DNA of 64,000 nucleotides from Planctomycetota bacterium (GCA_965248445.1 CBDFJG010000004.1:448001-512000); one strand, 5' to 3'; shown: positions 27,305 through 37,741, counted from the stretch's first letter. Numbers and translations are program-made. Notes: generated by a model not told the origin, from the sequence alone.

Positions 27305-29831
27305 TCTCGGGAAATTCGGGAAGGCATCAGGCGCCGCCGAGCGCGCCGTCAGGCGTCTTGAGCTCGCTGCGATCGCAGCGATTACCGCATTGGCGGGGGT
27401 TGGGATCAAGGCGGTCGCAGCGTTCGCGAAGTTCGAGCAGACAGCGGTGGGTATCGAGGCGCTGATCGGGAACGCGGAGAAGGCGCGCGAGGTCATCGAG
27501 GGCATCAAGGAACTGTCCTCTGTGTCGATCTTCGACGTCGACGACCTCGCGCGGAACGTCTCGATCCTCGCGGCGCTCGGCGAAGAGACGGACAATCTCA
27601 TCCCCCAGCTCCGGACCCTCGCCGATGCCGCCGCGGCGTTCGGCGGCAGCCAGGCGACCGAGACGCTGCGCCGCCTGATCCTCAACTTCGCGGAGATCCG
27701 CGCGCAGGGCCGGATCGACGCCGAAGACATCCGGCGCTTGACCGAGAGCCGCATTCCGATTCTTCGGTTCTTGCAAGAGGCGACGGGCATCGCCGTCAAG
27801 GACATCCGCAAGCTCGCGGAACAGGGCAAGCTCCTCGCCGACGACGTGCTCCCCGTGATCTTCGAGGCACTGAAGCGGGAGACCGGCGGGTTCGTCGAGA
27901 AGCTGTCGGCGACAACCCGCGGCCAGTTCCAAGTGCTCATGAACAACGTCAAGCTCGCGCTGATCGACATCGGTGGAACGCTGGCGCAAGAGTTCGACAT
28001 CCTGACGCTGCTCGAGTCCGCAATCGTCAAGACACGCGAGTGGGCACGGGTCACCCGCGAAGTTGTCGCTGTTCTGATCAACGGACGAGATGCGGTCGGA
28101 GAGATTTCCGGCTCGGCGCAGGAGGTCCTCCGGGTGCTGGGGATACTCAAGTCGGCGCTGATCGCGTTGGTCGCGATAAGGATCGGTACGGGCGTACTGA
28201 GTCTCTTCGCCGCGGGCCCGGCAGGTCTAGGATCGCTCGCGGCCGTCGGAGTCGTGGTCCTCATCGACCAAGTGCACCAACTGACGGATGCCTTGGAAGA
28301 GTTGAACGAAGCCGAGGCCCGGCGCGACCGACCCCTGTCGCGGCGCGAGAGCGAGATCGAGTTCTCCCAAGCCGCCACAGCACTCGATGACGTCGATGCG
28401 TTCCTGAAGCTGGTGCCCGAAGGTCTGAGCGTCATCAGGGACGATCTTGAGGGCCTGAAGGTTGCGATCAACGCCGCGTTCGACCCGGACAACCTGAGTT
28501 TGAAACGGTACGACGAGTTCGCGCGGGAACTCGAGCTGATCAAGACGAGATTCGCGGCCGCCGGTGGCCTCACCGTGAGCGAGGAAGGGGCCCTTGGGGG
28601 CGCGGACGCGACCTCGCTCGGGAGCGCCCTCGCAGCCGAGAAGCGGCAGAGAGTGGCAGACAAGGTGCGCGCCGCGCGCCAGAACGAGATCGACGAACTG
28701 CGCGCGTTGATGGCGGACTCTGTGCGCATCGCGAAGGACGGCGCGCGCGAACTCGAGCAGGCTGGCCTGAGTTCTCTCGACAAGCGCCTTCTCGACCATA
28801 TGGCGCACTTCGAGGACCTGCGGGACGAGTTCACGACGAGCGAGTTCGCCCTGCAGCAGATCGCGCAAGCGGAGCGTGACACGCTGAACGCGATCTTCCG
28901 GGAAGCTGACGCCGAGCGACTTGCGCAGGAGAACGAGGCCGCGAAGCAGTCGCAGGCGCTGCTGGGCGCGCTGGCGGCACGCCGCTCCCTAGTCGGCGCG
29001 TCACCGGAGGATCGTGAGGCGCTCGCTCTCGTACTGGAGTACTCGCGCGCTCTGAAGGGTACGAGCATGTCCGCAGACGAAGCGGCGGCGGCGCTTGCCC
29101 GATTCACGGAAGAGGTGCGGGACGTTCAAGCTCTCGAGTCCGCCACGTCCGCAAAGAAGGAGCTGGGCGAGCTGCTGGAAGGGATGCGTCTTGAGCAGGA
29201 GCTGCTGTTCCTGACGAGTGAGGGACGAGAGCGAGCCATCCGTCTCCGTGAGGGCGAGTTGCTCATCATGGAGGCGTTCGGTGAGGGCACCGCCGAGGCC
29301 GCCGCCGCGATGGCGGAACTCCGAGAGGAGATCGACAACCTCGGCCAGCTCGAGGAGTTGGCGAACTTCCTCAACAACCTCGAGACCGGCGTCCGTGACG
29401 CCTTCGTGGACGGCCTCTGGCAGGCCCTGAACGACGAAGACTGGCAGAAGGGGCTGAGCCTCGCGCTCATGGATATCGCGCGCGATGCGTTCAAGGAAGG
29501 CGCCCAGGCGGGCCTCAATGCTCTTGCCGGAGAGGACGACAGGGGGAACCAGCGGTCATTCGTCAGCGCCCTGATCCGGACGGTCGGGAACATCATCACG
29601 GGTGGCGGCGGGGACGACGCCACGGGGTCCAACGAGGGCACGATGGAGGAGGGCGTCTCGGCCGCCGCGGACAGCAAGTCCCTCGTACTCATCAACGTCA
29701 TCGACGAGGGGACCGCGAACGCGGTCCAGAGCAAGGTCAGTTCGGCCGGCCACGAGAGCGCCACAATGCGCGGCAACGGCCAACCCGGCGTGACGGCTGG
29801 CCGGATCCGCGCAGGTCGCGGGAGGCGCTGA
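27240..29831 (+). CDS. Tape measure protein
   Basis: MPDLAQLNLKIDS, tape-measure domain (AQGRIDAEDIRRLTESRIP), long Ala/Glu-rich helices. Confidence 0.9.
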   Translation: MPDLAQLNLKIDSTSVKRSARDLGKFGKASGAAERAVRRLELAAIAAITALAGVGIKAVAAFAKFEQTAVGIEALIGNAEKAREVIEGIKELSSVSIFDVDDLARNVSILAALGEETDNLIPQLRTLADAAAAFGGSQATETLRRLILNFAEIRAQGRIDAEDIRRLTESRIPILRFLQEATGIAVKDIRKLAEQGKLLADDVLPVIFEALKRETGGFVEKLSATTRGQFQVLMNNVKLALIDIGGTLAQEFDILTLLESAIVKTREWARVTREVVAVLINGRDAVGEISGSAQEVLRVLGILKSALIALVAIRIGTGVLSLFAAGPAGLGSLAAVGVVVLIDQVHQLTDALEELNEAEARRDRPLSRRESEIEFSQAATALDDVDAFLKLVPEGLSVIRDDLEGLKVAINAAFDPDNLSLKRYDEFARELELIKTRFAAAGGLTVSEEGALGGADATSLGSALAAEKRQRVADKVRAARQNEIDELRALMADSVRIAKDGARELEQAGLSSLDKRLLDHMAHFEDLRDEFTTSEFALQQIAQAERDTLNAIFREADAERLAQENEAAKQSQALLGALAARRSLVGASPEDREALALVLEYSRALKGTSMSADEAAAALARFTEEVRDVQALESATSAKKELGELLEGMRLEQELLFLTSEGRERAIRLREGELLIMEAFGEGTAEAAAAMAELREEIDNLGQLEELANFLNNLETGVRDAFVDGLWQALNDEDWQKGLSLALMDIARDAFKEGAQAGLNALAGEDDRGNQRSFVSALIRTVGNIITGGGGDDATGSNEGTMEEGVSAAADSKSLVLINVIDEGTANAVQSKVSSAGHESATMRGNGQPGVTAGRIRAGRGRR

Positions 29832-30433
29832 TGGCGATCGAGAAGTTCCCGTTCGCGCTGTTCGGTCGCTTCCGGTCCGGGGCCATGCGCGACAAGACCG
29901 TCGAGCCGGGCAACGGTGGCGTCGAGGTCATCCGGGTGGACTGCCCGGACGTCCGCGGCGAGTACCGGGCGTCGAACTGCGTGATCTGGGTCCCGCACAA
30001 CGGGTACACGGCCGACGACGTCCATCAGTTCTGGGAGGACGTCGAGGACGGCGCGCTGATCTTCGGCTTCAAGGAGCCGATCCACGAGCGGTTCTACAAG
30101 GTCACCCTGGAGGCCCTCGGGACCGCGACGGCCGCGGAGACGGACTTCCCGCTCGACCTCCGGTACGTGGACGAGTCAACGCTGCTGGTCTACGAGGACG
30201 CCGTCCTCAAGAGCAACCCAGGCGACTACACGCTGGTCGGGAACGAGACCGCGCCGATCGTCCGGTTCGGCTCCGGGATGTCGGGCGGCGAGGTGATCAC
30301 GGCCACCTACGAGTTCTGGATCCCAGTGGTCGCGGACCGCGGCGGGGAGGACGAGTGGCCGGGCGGCGGCGTGGTCCTCAAGTGCCCGCCGTTCGAGATG
30401 CACGAATACTTCGCCGGCGGGCGCTTCGTCTGA
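29831..30433 (+). CDS. Distal tail protein, DUF2460-like
   Basis: After TMP; FWEDVEDGALIFGFKEP, VITATYEFWIPV. Confidence 0.6.
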   Translation: MAIEKFPFALFGRFRSGAMRDKTVEPGNGGVEVIRVDCPDVRGEYRASNCVIWVPHNGYTADDVHQFWEDVEDGALIFGFKEPIHERFYKVTLEALGTATAAETDFPLDLRYVDESTLLVYEDAVLKSNPGDYTLVGNETAPIVRFGSGMSGGEVITATYEFWIPVVADRGGEDEWPGGGVVLKCPPFEMHEYFAGGRFV

Positions 30434-30436
30434 CCG

Positions 30437-31132
30437 ATGCGCGCCTTCACGTCCGCCATCCAGACGATCTTCGCGGCCCTCCAGTTGCCGATGATGTCGG
30501 TGATCGTCTCGATCCCGGATCTCTCCCTGCACCTGACGAACCTCCCCCGGAGCGTCACCGTGGACGGCCAGGTCTACACGGGCGCGAAGGCGGGCGCTGA
30601 GCAATGGACGCTCGTCGCGAAGGGGCTCGGGGAGAACCTGAAGTTCGAGGGGACGTCCGCGGTCCTGGAGATCAACAGCCTGCTCGGGGCCATGCAGACC
30701 CGGATGATCAACGACAACTTCCGGGGGGTGAACGTCACGATCTCGGTCATCTACATGAGCGGCCTGACGGCGATCGCGAGCGGGTGGGCGACGACGTGGC
30801 GCTGTGACGTCGACACCGGGGACGAGGATCAGGTCACGATCCGCCTCGCCTCGAGCGACGCGACTACCGGGGAGGAGTACCCCCGGAACACCAACCAGGA
30901 CTACGCCTGCCCGTACACGCTCTCGCTGGGCTACTGCACGTTCCGGTGGTCCAGCGCGCTCCCCGGCGTCGCCGTGAAGTGCGACCACGGATACGACACT
31001 CCGAACGGCTGCAAGATCCACCACCCCGACATCATCGACCCGCTCACGCTGCTCACGATCCCGCAGTCCAAGCCGTTCGGGGGCCGGATCTCCCATATCG
31101 ACGAGGGCCTCCTTCTCGTCGGGGGGGCGTGA
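30437..31132 (+). CDS. Tail tip protein, gpL/BR0599-like, with four-Cys Fe-S motif
   Basis: CPYTLSLGYC...CDHGYDTPNGC...PFGG. Confidence 0.7.
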   Translation: MRAFTSAIQTIFAALQLPMMSVIVSIPDLSLHLTNLPRSVTVDGQVYTGAKAGAEQWTLVAKGLGENLKFEGTSAVLEINSLLGAMQTRMINDNFRGVNVTISVIYMSGLTAIASGWATTWRCDVDTGDEDQVTIRLASSDATTGEEYPRNTNQDYACPYTLSLGYCTFRWSSALPGVAVKCDHGYDTPNGCKIHHPDIIDPLTLLTIPQSKPFGGRISHIDEGLLLVGGA

Positions 31133-31133
31133 C

Positions 31134-33839
31134 GTGGGAGCTCCCGCGGGTGCCTTCCAGATCGCGCTCGGCGTACTGATCAGCATCATCCCGGGCGGCG
31201 CCGTGCACGGGATTCCGCTCATCATCGGCGGCGTCGCGACGATCGCGGCCTCGCTGATCTTGCCGGACGTCAGCGAGGCGACCGACGAGGCCCAGTCCCC
31301 GGTCTACGGCTACAGGCCGTTCAGCAACCCGTCGAAGGCCGGCGCCGTCCACCCCGTCATCTACTCCGTGAACGGCGTCCGGACGGCGCCGATCTGGACG
31401 CAGGCGTGGATCACCCCGATCGGTCACAGCGACGAGGAGGCCGCGAAGACACAGAGCCGCAAGGGCCAGCGAATGTCCGGGGTCCTCACGGTCTGCGAGG
31501 GCCCGATCGTCCGGATGGACAACCTCCAGTTCAACGACGACCACGTCTGGGACGTCTTCACGGAGCACGACCTCGGGACCGGGAACGGGTCCAACAAGAC
31601 GTTCCGGATCAACGCGTCACGGGTGGACATGGAGTCGGTCCGGGTCTACGTGGGCGCGCTCCAGGACACCCTGAAGGGGTGGATCGTCGAGGAGGTCATC
31701 GAGCCGGTCGCGACCGGGAACGGGTCCCGGTCCGTCTACAGCTTCGAGTCGTCCCAGGGCGTGTTCGACGCCACGAAGACGTTCAAGTTCTACTCGGAGA
31801 ATCCCACGAACCGCCCGGACGCGGAACTGTACGCGCTCTCGACGGCCGTCTCCTCGCTGACCGAGATGGTCCCGACGATGCAGCTGATGAGCCCGACCCG
31901 GATGGTGATCAACACCCAGATCCCGCTCGCGTTCGGGAAGGTGCTCTGGGTGAAGTTCTGGCGCCGGCGCCTGGAGGGCATCCAGATCGTCCGAGCGGAC
32001 GACGGCGACACCAAGATCATCTTCGACAGCGCACCGGCCAGCCTGGCGGTCCTGACCGTGGACTTCCGGCGCAGTATGTTCGCGGGGCTCTCCGTCGAGG
32101 AGCGCATGGGGACGCCGTTCGACGCCCCGCTCCGCGGCGCGCACGACATCAAGAACTCGTACCGGATCGAGGAGGAGACCCGGTTCGGGGTCGCGACCAC
32201 CTACCAGATGCGGGACGCCGCCGACAACGTCATCTTCGTCTGGGCGTCCGGCGCGAACGGGATGAACCGCCTCAACCTGTTGAAGGGAGGGCGCTCCGGA
32301 AGTTACGCGCAACTGACGATCGAGGCGCGCCTGATCGTGTCGAGCGGGACGAGCATCTGGAACACCTGGCAGCGGATCCCGGACCCGCGCGGGAAGCTGA
32401 AGCGCCACGGGCACAAGAAGCTCGCAGACGAGTTCGAGCTGATGGGGGACTCGCTCTCCGAGATCTTCTGGGGGCTCAACATCCGGGAGCTCCTGGAGAA
32501 GTACCACGACAAGCACCCGAACAACGCCGGCGGCAGGAAGCGGCTCAACGACTTCGTTCGCGGTCGGTACGAATTCCGGGTCCAGCGGAGCTCCCGGAAG
32601 GGTGTCACGGACAGCAAGACCGCGTTCACCGACACCATCATCCTCTCGCAGGCCAAGGAGGTGATCGACGAGTTCCTGTCGCAGCCGGGCCGCGCCAAGA
32701 TCAAGTTCGAGAACCTCCGGAGTCGGCGCGTCGGCGGACGGGTCCCGGGCGTGAAGGTCGATGTCGTCGGGATCGCGAACTGCGTGCGCTGGGACGACAC
32801 CCTGGACGTCCCGGACTGGGTCGAGGACGAAGCCTCCCAGGGGAACCGGGTCTGGGCGATGGTGAACTTCATCACCAACAAGAACTACGGGGGCGGGGAC
32901 CACAGCACGCTGGCGGACATCGACACCGCGTCCGCGAAGGTGGTCGCGGACATCCTGGACGAGAACGTCCGGATCTCGGAGGACGACGAGGGCGGGGAGG
33001 TGCGCTGTCAACTCGACGCCGTCCTCGACACCCGGCGGGTACTCCTCGACTGGATGAAGCGGCTCGCGATCCCGGGGCGCGTCTTCGTGTACCAGCAGGG
33101 CAACACCTGGAAGTTCGTCTATGACGGCGACGTGGACCTCCTCGACGCGGACGGCGTAGACCTCGTCCCGGTCATCTACGACTCGACGATCGCCGGCCGC
33201 ACCAAGAAGAAGTCGGCCAAGCTCGGGCGCCCGGAGACGCACACGATCCCGACGTCGTTGGAGATCGACTACCTGCGCCGCGACGACGACTTCCGCCAGA
33301 AGCAGGTCCGGGTGCAGCTTCAGGACTCGCACACCGAGGTCGTCCGTCACGCGCGGGCGGACGGGTTCGGGATCACCCGACAGACTGAGCTGGTCCGGTA
33401 CGCCAACTGGAAGTTCGCGCGGCTGAGGGCGTCCGGGATGAACCTGGCCATCGGGGTCTCCCCGCAGGCGATGCGCCTGGAGGCCGGGGACGTCTTCCGG
33501 TTCATCTCCGCGCGCATCGGGATTGACGGCTGGTGGCGGGTCTTTGAGACCGTCTTCGGGTCGGACACCTTCTACGTCCAGATCGACGGCCGTCAGTACG
33601 ACCCGGAGTCCGCCGCGGAGGACTTCAAGTCGTACCGGGTCATCGAGGTCGGGGCACGTGACCAGCAGTACTCGCGGGCGCGGATCCGGCCGCAGGCGAC
33701 GCCGGTCGTCCCGCCGCGCGCCCCGACGACGTGCACGACCCCGAACCTCCCCCGGAAGCGCACGCAGCCGTTCGACCGCACGCGCGGGGGGTACGGGCGG
33801 CAGCGGCGCGTCAACGTACGAGCGAGGCGGAAGGGATGA
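31134..33839 (+). CDS. Central tail tip/host specificity protein (gpJ-like)
   Basis: PVIY, VCEGPI, NRVWAMVNFITNKNYGGG, GITRQTE, LEAGDV. Confidence 0.8.
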   Translation: MGAPAGAFQIALGVLISIIPGGAVHGIPLIIGGVATIAASLILPDVSEATDEAQSPVYGYRPFSNPSKAGAVHPVIYSVNGVRTAPIWTQAWITPIGHSDEEAAKTQSRKGQRMSGVLTVCEGPIVRMDNLQFNDDHVWDVFTEHDLGTGNGSNKTFRINASRVDMESVRVYVGALQDTLKGWIVEEVIEPVATGNGSRSVYSFESSQGVFDATKTFKFYSENPTNRPDAELYALSTAVSSLTEMVPTMQLMSPTRMVINTQIPLAFGKVLWVKFWRRRLEGIQIVRADDGDTKIIFDSAPASLAVLTVDFRRSMFAGLSVEERMGTPFDAPLRGAHDIKNSYRIEEETRFGVATTYQMRDAADNVIFVWASGANGMNRLNLLKGGRSGSYAQLTIEARLIVSSGTSIWNTWQRIPDPRGKLKRHGHKKLADEFELMGDSLSEIFWGLNIRELLEKYHDKHPNNAGGRKRLNDFVRGRYEFRVQRSSRKGVTDSKTAFTDTIILSQAKEVIDEFLSQPGRAKIKFENLRSRRVGGRVPGVKVDVVGIANCVRWDDTLDVPDWVEDEASQGNRVWAMVNFITNKNYGGGDHSTLADIDTASAKVVADILDENVRISEDDEGGEVRCQLDAVLDTRRVLLDWMKRLAIPGRVFVYQQGNTWKFVYDGDVDLLDADGVDLVPVIYDSTIAGRTKKKSAKLGRPETHTIPTSLEIDYLRRDDDFRQKQVRVQLQDSHTEVVRHARADGFGITRQTELVRYANWKFARLRASGMNLAIGVSPQAMRLEAGDVFRFISARIGIDGWWRVFETVFGSDTFYVQIDGRQYDPESAAEDFKSYRVIEVGARDQQYSRARIRPQATPVVPPRAPTTCTTPNLPRKRTQPFDRTRGGYGRQRRVNVRARRKG

Positions 33840-35209
33840 GCGTCGCACTCTGGGAGATCGAGTGGTCCGCCGGGGAGGATGCCGCGGACTCCTACAACGT
33901 CTACGTGGAGGCGGAGCCACCCGGCGTTCGTCGGCTCCACCTGATCGACGCTGAGAGCCCGGTGGACGTCGAACTGGCCGACGTCGATCAACCCGCGTGG
34001 GTCTGGATCGCTCCCGTCATCGGAGGCGCGGAGCTCGAGGAGGGGGACTGGGCGAAGATCATCATCCAGCCGAACGACACGACGGACTTCACGGCCCCGC
34101 CGGACCTCACCAACTTCGTCGTCCGGCAGGTCGGGACCGAACTCGTCGCGACGTTCGATGAGGTCGAGAACCCGCACCTGAAGGGCTACGAGATCCGGCG
34201 CGGCTCCGACTACGCGACCGGCGTCAAGGTCGTGCTCGCCCGCGGCCCCGGTCGCGAAGCAAGCTGGGGCTGGGCGGCCCTCGGCGCGCACGCGTACTAC
34301 GCGAAGGCAATCACGACGCACGGGCTCGAGAGCGACGCGGCGGTCTCGTCCTCACTCACGGTGGCGGGCGTGCCCCTGATGGTGGAGACCGGCAGCGGGA
34401 CCACCGAGGAACCGGGCTTCAGCGGGACCGGGACCGAGATCGACACGAACCGCCTCCAGCCGACCCAGAGGCCGACGGACTGGACGACCGAGACCTCGCC
34501 GGCGGACTGGACCGACAACACGGACGGGCTCTGGTGGTGGGAGTTCTACGGGGACGCGGACTACATCACGACCGCGATCGACAACGGGGCCACGGTCACG
34601 GAGACCCCGCACATCGAGATCGACGTGGAGAGCGTCGAGAAGACCGAGATCACCTGGGACAAGCAGCACGGACCGGACATCAACGGTGAGATCGACATGA
34701 CCGCGGACGACCCGACGGTCTCGGTGCGCGCTCCCTGGGAGGAGGCGGAGCACGACGCGCTCCGCTTCAACGGCAGCAGCTTCGACCTGGCGGACGGGAT
34801 CAAGCTCCGGATCCACATCGAGATGACCGACGAGGTGACCCCGACGACCTGGACCTCCGAGGTCTGGGTGCCGGGCGCTACGTACACCTACCGGCACCTC
34901 CGCTGGCGGATCTACTTCCTCGAGTTGACGCCGCTCTACTACTTCCGGATCACCGGAATCACGTACCGCCGCTACCGCAGAAACCTGAAGGACGAGGGTG
35001 AGGGCGAGGCTCTCTCCAGCGGCACCGCGATCACGTTCGCCCAGCCGTTCTCGGCCATCCCGGTCGTCCAGGGGCTCCGGGTCGCCGGAGCCGGTCACGT
35101 CGAGGCCACCGCCATCACCGCTCTCGGCTGCACACTCACGCCCTACACCAACGCAACACCGCCCGTCGCGGTCACGACCGACGTGACCTGGCAGGCGCAA
35201 GGAGTCTGA
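33836..35209 (+). CDS. Tail fibre/FN3-like protein
   Basis: APPDLTNF, LKGYEIRRG, YYAKAITTHGLES, C-terminal ITFAQPFSAIPVV...VTWQAQG. Confidence 0.7.
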   Translation: MSVALWEIEWSAGEDAADSYNVYVEAEPPGVRRLHLIDAESPVDVELADVDQPAWVWIAPVIGGAELEEGDWAKIIIQPNDTTDFTAPPDLTNFVVRQVGTELVATFDEVENPHLKGYEIRRGSDYATGVKVVLARGPGREASWGWAALGAHAYYAKAITTHGLESDAAVSSSLTVAGVPLMVETGSGTTEEPGFSGTGTEIDTNRLQPTQRPTDWTTETSPADWTDNTDGLWWWEFYGDADYITTAIDNGATVTETPHIEIDVESVEKTEITWDKQHGPDINGEIDMTADDPTVSVRAPWEEAEHDALRFNGSSFDLADGIKLRIHIEMTDEVTPTTWTSEVWVPGATYTYRHLRWRIYFLELTPLYYFRITGITYRRYRRNLKDEGEGEALSSGTAITFAQPFSAIPVVQGLRVAGAGHVEATAITALGCTLTPYTNATPPVAVTTDVTWQAQGV

Positions 35210-35211
35210 CA

Positions 35212-36141
35212 ATGGCATGGGTCACCCCGCTCACCGGATCTCCGGCCAACGCTCTCGCGCAGGAGCACGCGAACCTCCTCCTGATCGACACCTGCCATAT
35301 CGGCTCCGCGGCCCCGACCACGGACCTCAACGAGGGACGGCTCTGGCTCGACAACTCCTCGGACCCCCACGTCCTGAAAATCTACAGCGACCGGCTGGCC
35401 GGAACGCCCGCGTGGAACATCGTCAACGCGGGCGTCGACGGCGACATGGACTTCCTCCTGAACCAGATCATCAACGGGAGGCTGGAGAACACAGGCTCCG
35501 CCGCGACGCCGGCCAGCGGCAACGTCGGCTACGTCTACCTCCACACGGGCTCGTCCGTCCCGCAGGTCGTCATCAGCGCGACGAAGTTCGCGACGTTCAT
35601 GGTCGGGGACACGTCGCAGTTCTTCGCGGTCCCGATCCCCCCGAACGACTGGATCGACGACGACGGGACTCCGCCGACGAAGGCGGACATCGCGATGACG
35701 ACGAGCGGCAACTTCCGAGGCAAGCAGTTCGACGCAGTCGCCGAGCGCATGAGCGTCCAGGTCGAGATCCCGCCGGCCTGGAACACGACGGCCGACCCGG
35801 TGCTCCGCGTCCGCGTGCTGATCGAAACCGCCGCCGCATCGGCCAACGAGGACATCGATGTCGAGATCGACTGGAACCGCGTCCGCGTGGGGAACGGTGA
35901 TCTCGCGACGAAGGCGAGCGTCACGAAGTTGACCCCGTACGACATCGGCTCCAACAACGCGCAGTACACGCTCCACGAGATCGACTTCGCTCTCGACCGC
36001 GCCGCGAGCGGGAACGAACTCCTCGTGGGCGACTACGTCAACATCGAGTTCGGCCTCACGAACCTCGACGAGGTCGACTCGATCATCTTCGTCGGCGCCA
36101 AGATGCGCTACCCGATGGGCACGACGATCTTCGAGGCGTAA
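35212..36141 (+). CDS. Putative receptor-binding/tail fibre protein
   Basis: GSAAPTT..EGRLWLD repeats, beta-rich C-terminal domain. Confidence 0.65.
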   Translation: MAWVTPLTGSPANALAQEHANLLLIDTCHIGSAAPTTDLNEGRLWLDNSSDPHVLKIYSDRLAGTPAWNIVNAGVDGDMDFLLNQIINGRLENTGSAATPASGNVGYVYLHTGSSVPQVVISATKFATFMVGDTSQFFAVPIPPNDWIDDDGTPPTKADIAMTTSGNFRGKQFDAVAERMSVQVEIPPAWNTTADPVLRVRVLIETAAASANEDIDVEIDWNRVRVGNGDLATKASVTKLTPYDIGSNNAQYTLHEIDFALDRAASGNELLVGDYVNIEFGLTNLDEVDSIIFVGAKMRYPMGTTIFEA

Positions 36142-36153
36142 CCGGAGGAAACC

Positions 36154-36378
36154 ATGAACCAGATCCAGCCCGGAGCACTGTGGGTGGGGCGCTCGTCCGA
36201 CTTCAAAGCAATGGTCGTGGGCGGCGACTACCAGCAGCAGCCGGGCGCCACGGTCGTCGTGCTGTCGAACGCTGCGTCGGACAAGGACATCGAGCGCGTG
36301 GCGGTGCGGCTCAGCGGCGGGGACCCGGCAGAGGTCGCGCCGTCGCCGGCGCGGCCGCGCACGCTCGGGGGCGGGTGA
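36154..36378 (+). CDS. Small hypothetical protein
   Basis: RBS GGAGG; last gene of the tail operon. Confidence 0.55.
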   Translation: MNQIQPGALWVGRSSDFKAMVVGGDYQQQPGATVVVLSNAASDKDIERVAVRLSGGDPAEVAPSPARPRTLGGG

Positions 36379-36379
36379 G

Positions 36380-36875
36380 TCAATACGGCACGCGACGGAA
36401 TACAGCGGATTGCCCGCGCGCGTTCTCCACGACCGCCTTGCTCAGGCCCAGGTGTCGCAAGGGCCACACGTAGTTGCCGAACGCCATCCCTGCGATCCAC
36501 TCGAGGTTTCCGAGCACGTGGCGGTCGGTTGACACGATGAGGTTGGATCCCTCGACTCTGAAGCCCGTGACCCAGTGATACCAGGTCGTCCGCCACTTCG
36601 GCGCCCCCGAAGTTGACGTCGTAGTGGGCGCGAATCGCCTCGGCAAGCCCACTCTCCCAAGCTGCGATCCCGACATCGTCCGTGGTGCCTGGCCGGGCGG
36701 GGTAGTCCGCAAGCCGCGTGGGTGCCCCCGGCGGATCCTCCCGCCTATCGAACGTCAGTGCCGGCGCGGCGGCGACCTCGTCGGTCTTCTGCGATGACGG
36801 CGCCGGAGTGGTTCCGGCGCACGACGCGAGCGAAGCGACCGCGATGAGCGCCGCGATGCCGGTGAGGGTGTTCAC
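36380..36875 (-). pseudogene. Lipoprotein split by a +1 frameshift in a G5 run (36604-36608)
   Basis: Lipobox LASC after GTG 36875; removing one G joins HYDVNFG to APKWRTTWYHWVTGF..., ending at 36380 next to the convergent gene. Confidence 0.6.
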
Positions 36876-37234
36876 GCGCCAGCCGGAGCGAGGGCGTCCG
36901 ACGCCTCGACGACCTTGCGGCAGACGACGTCCATGAACTCGACGACGTCGCACTCGGCGCGTTGGTTGACGCCAGCGGGTGTGCCGTCGCGGTTCAGGAC
37001 GAGGTCGTGAATGATGTTGATCACCAGGTAGCAGCTGACGCTGCCAAGGATCTTCAGGCAGACCGGGAGCCCGTGCTCGTCCACAGATAGGTAGACGGGC
37101 AGGGTCGGATTGGGCTGGATGACGCGCTTCCCCTTCCGCTTCTGGAAGTGAATCAGCACGCCGTCCTTCTCCCCGTTCTCGTCGGTGTAGTACTTCACCT
37201 CAGGATCGGGAAGGAGGTTGCCCCACAACGTCAT
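36872..37234 (-). CDS. DUF2283-like putative antitoxin
   Basis: VKYY...DGVLIHF...VYLSVDEHGLPVCLKIL resembles the DUF2283 pattern. Confidence 0.5.
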   Translation of the reverse strand: MTLWGNLLPDPEVKYYTDENGEKDGVLIHFQKRKGKRVIQPNPTLPVYLSVDEHGLPVCLKILGSVSCYLVINIIHDLVLNRDGTPAGVNQRAECDVVEFMDVVCRKVVEASDALAPAGA

Positions 37235-37251
37235 GTCTTCTCTCCTTCTTC

Positions 37252-37539
37252 CTAGAGGGGCTGGATGGACCGCACGTGGAACACGTCGGGATCCCTGGCG
37301 GCCACACTGGAGGGATCCCTGTATTCGTACCGGCCGATGAGGCGGAACTCTCGTCCCGCAACCTCGGCCTCCATGATCTGGAACTTGATGACCGGGATGA
37401 TCATCTCGGACCGCTTTACACGCTCGGGCGGCAGGTCGAGGATCATGCGAACGACCTCCTCGGGGTCAGCTTCGCACTCGACCGTGTCCCAGAAGTCTCG
37501 CGAAATATCGCTGAGAACGACTTCGAGCCGTTCCACCAT
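37252..37539 (-). CDS. Putative RelE/DUF4258-like toxin
   Basis: 95 aa, directly upstream of DUF2283-like gene; alpha/beta pattern ending in strand FHVRSIQ. Confidence 0.4.
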   Translation of the reverse strand: MVERLEVVLSDISRDFWDTVECEADPEEVVRMILDLPPERVKRSEMIIPVIKFQIMEAEVAGREFRLIGRYEYRDPSSVAARDPDVFHVRSIQPL

Positions 37540-37741
37540 AGCGTCCCCTGGGGGTTTTGTAAGGCTCTCTACGGTAGCTACGAGTGCCCCCAGTGATCTG
37601 CGAAATCAGACTTCCGGCGCACCAGCGCCGCTGGCCCGAGGCCGCTGTGACGGCGTGACAAGCTAGCAGAGCAGGCGCGCGCCGTGCTTCGGTTGAACCG
37701 CCCTGACCGCCCGGGGGTTTGCCCCCAATCGTCCCGGAAAC

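Noticed and set aside
27014..33920. Long antisense and alternate-frame ORFs (e.g. 27014-29107, 31617-33920)
   Set aside because: Typical high-GC shadow ORFs opposite well-supported genes
33836..36378. Diversity-generating retroelement or invertible tail-fibre cassette
   Set aside because: No reverse transcriptase, invertase or template/variable repeat pair seen
37540..37740. Several short hairpins in the divergent intergenic region as an ncRNA
   Set aside because: Stems of 4-7 bp in GC-rich DNA with no shared motif; not distinguishable from chance by eye
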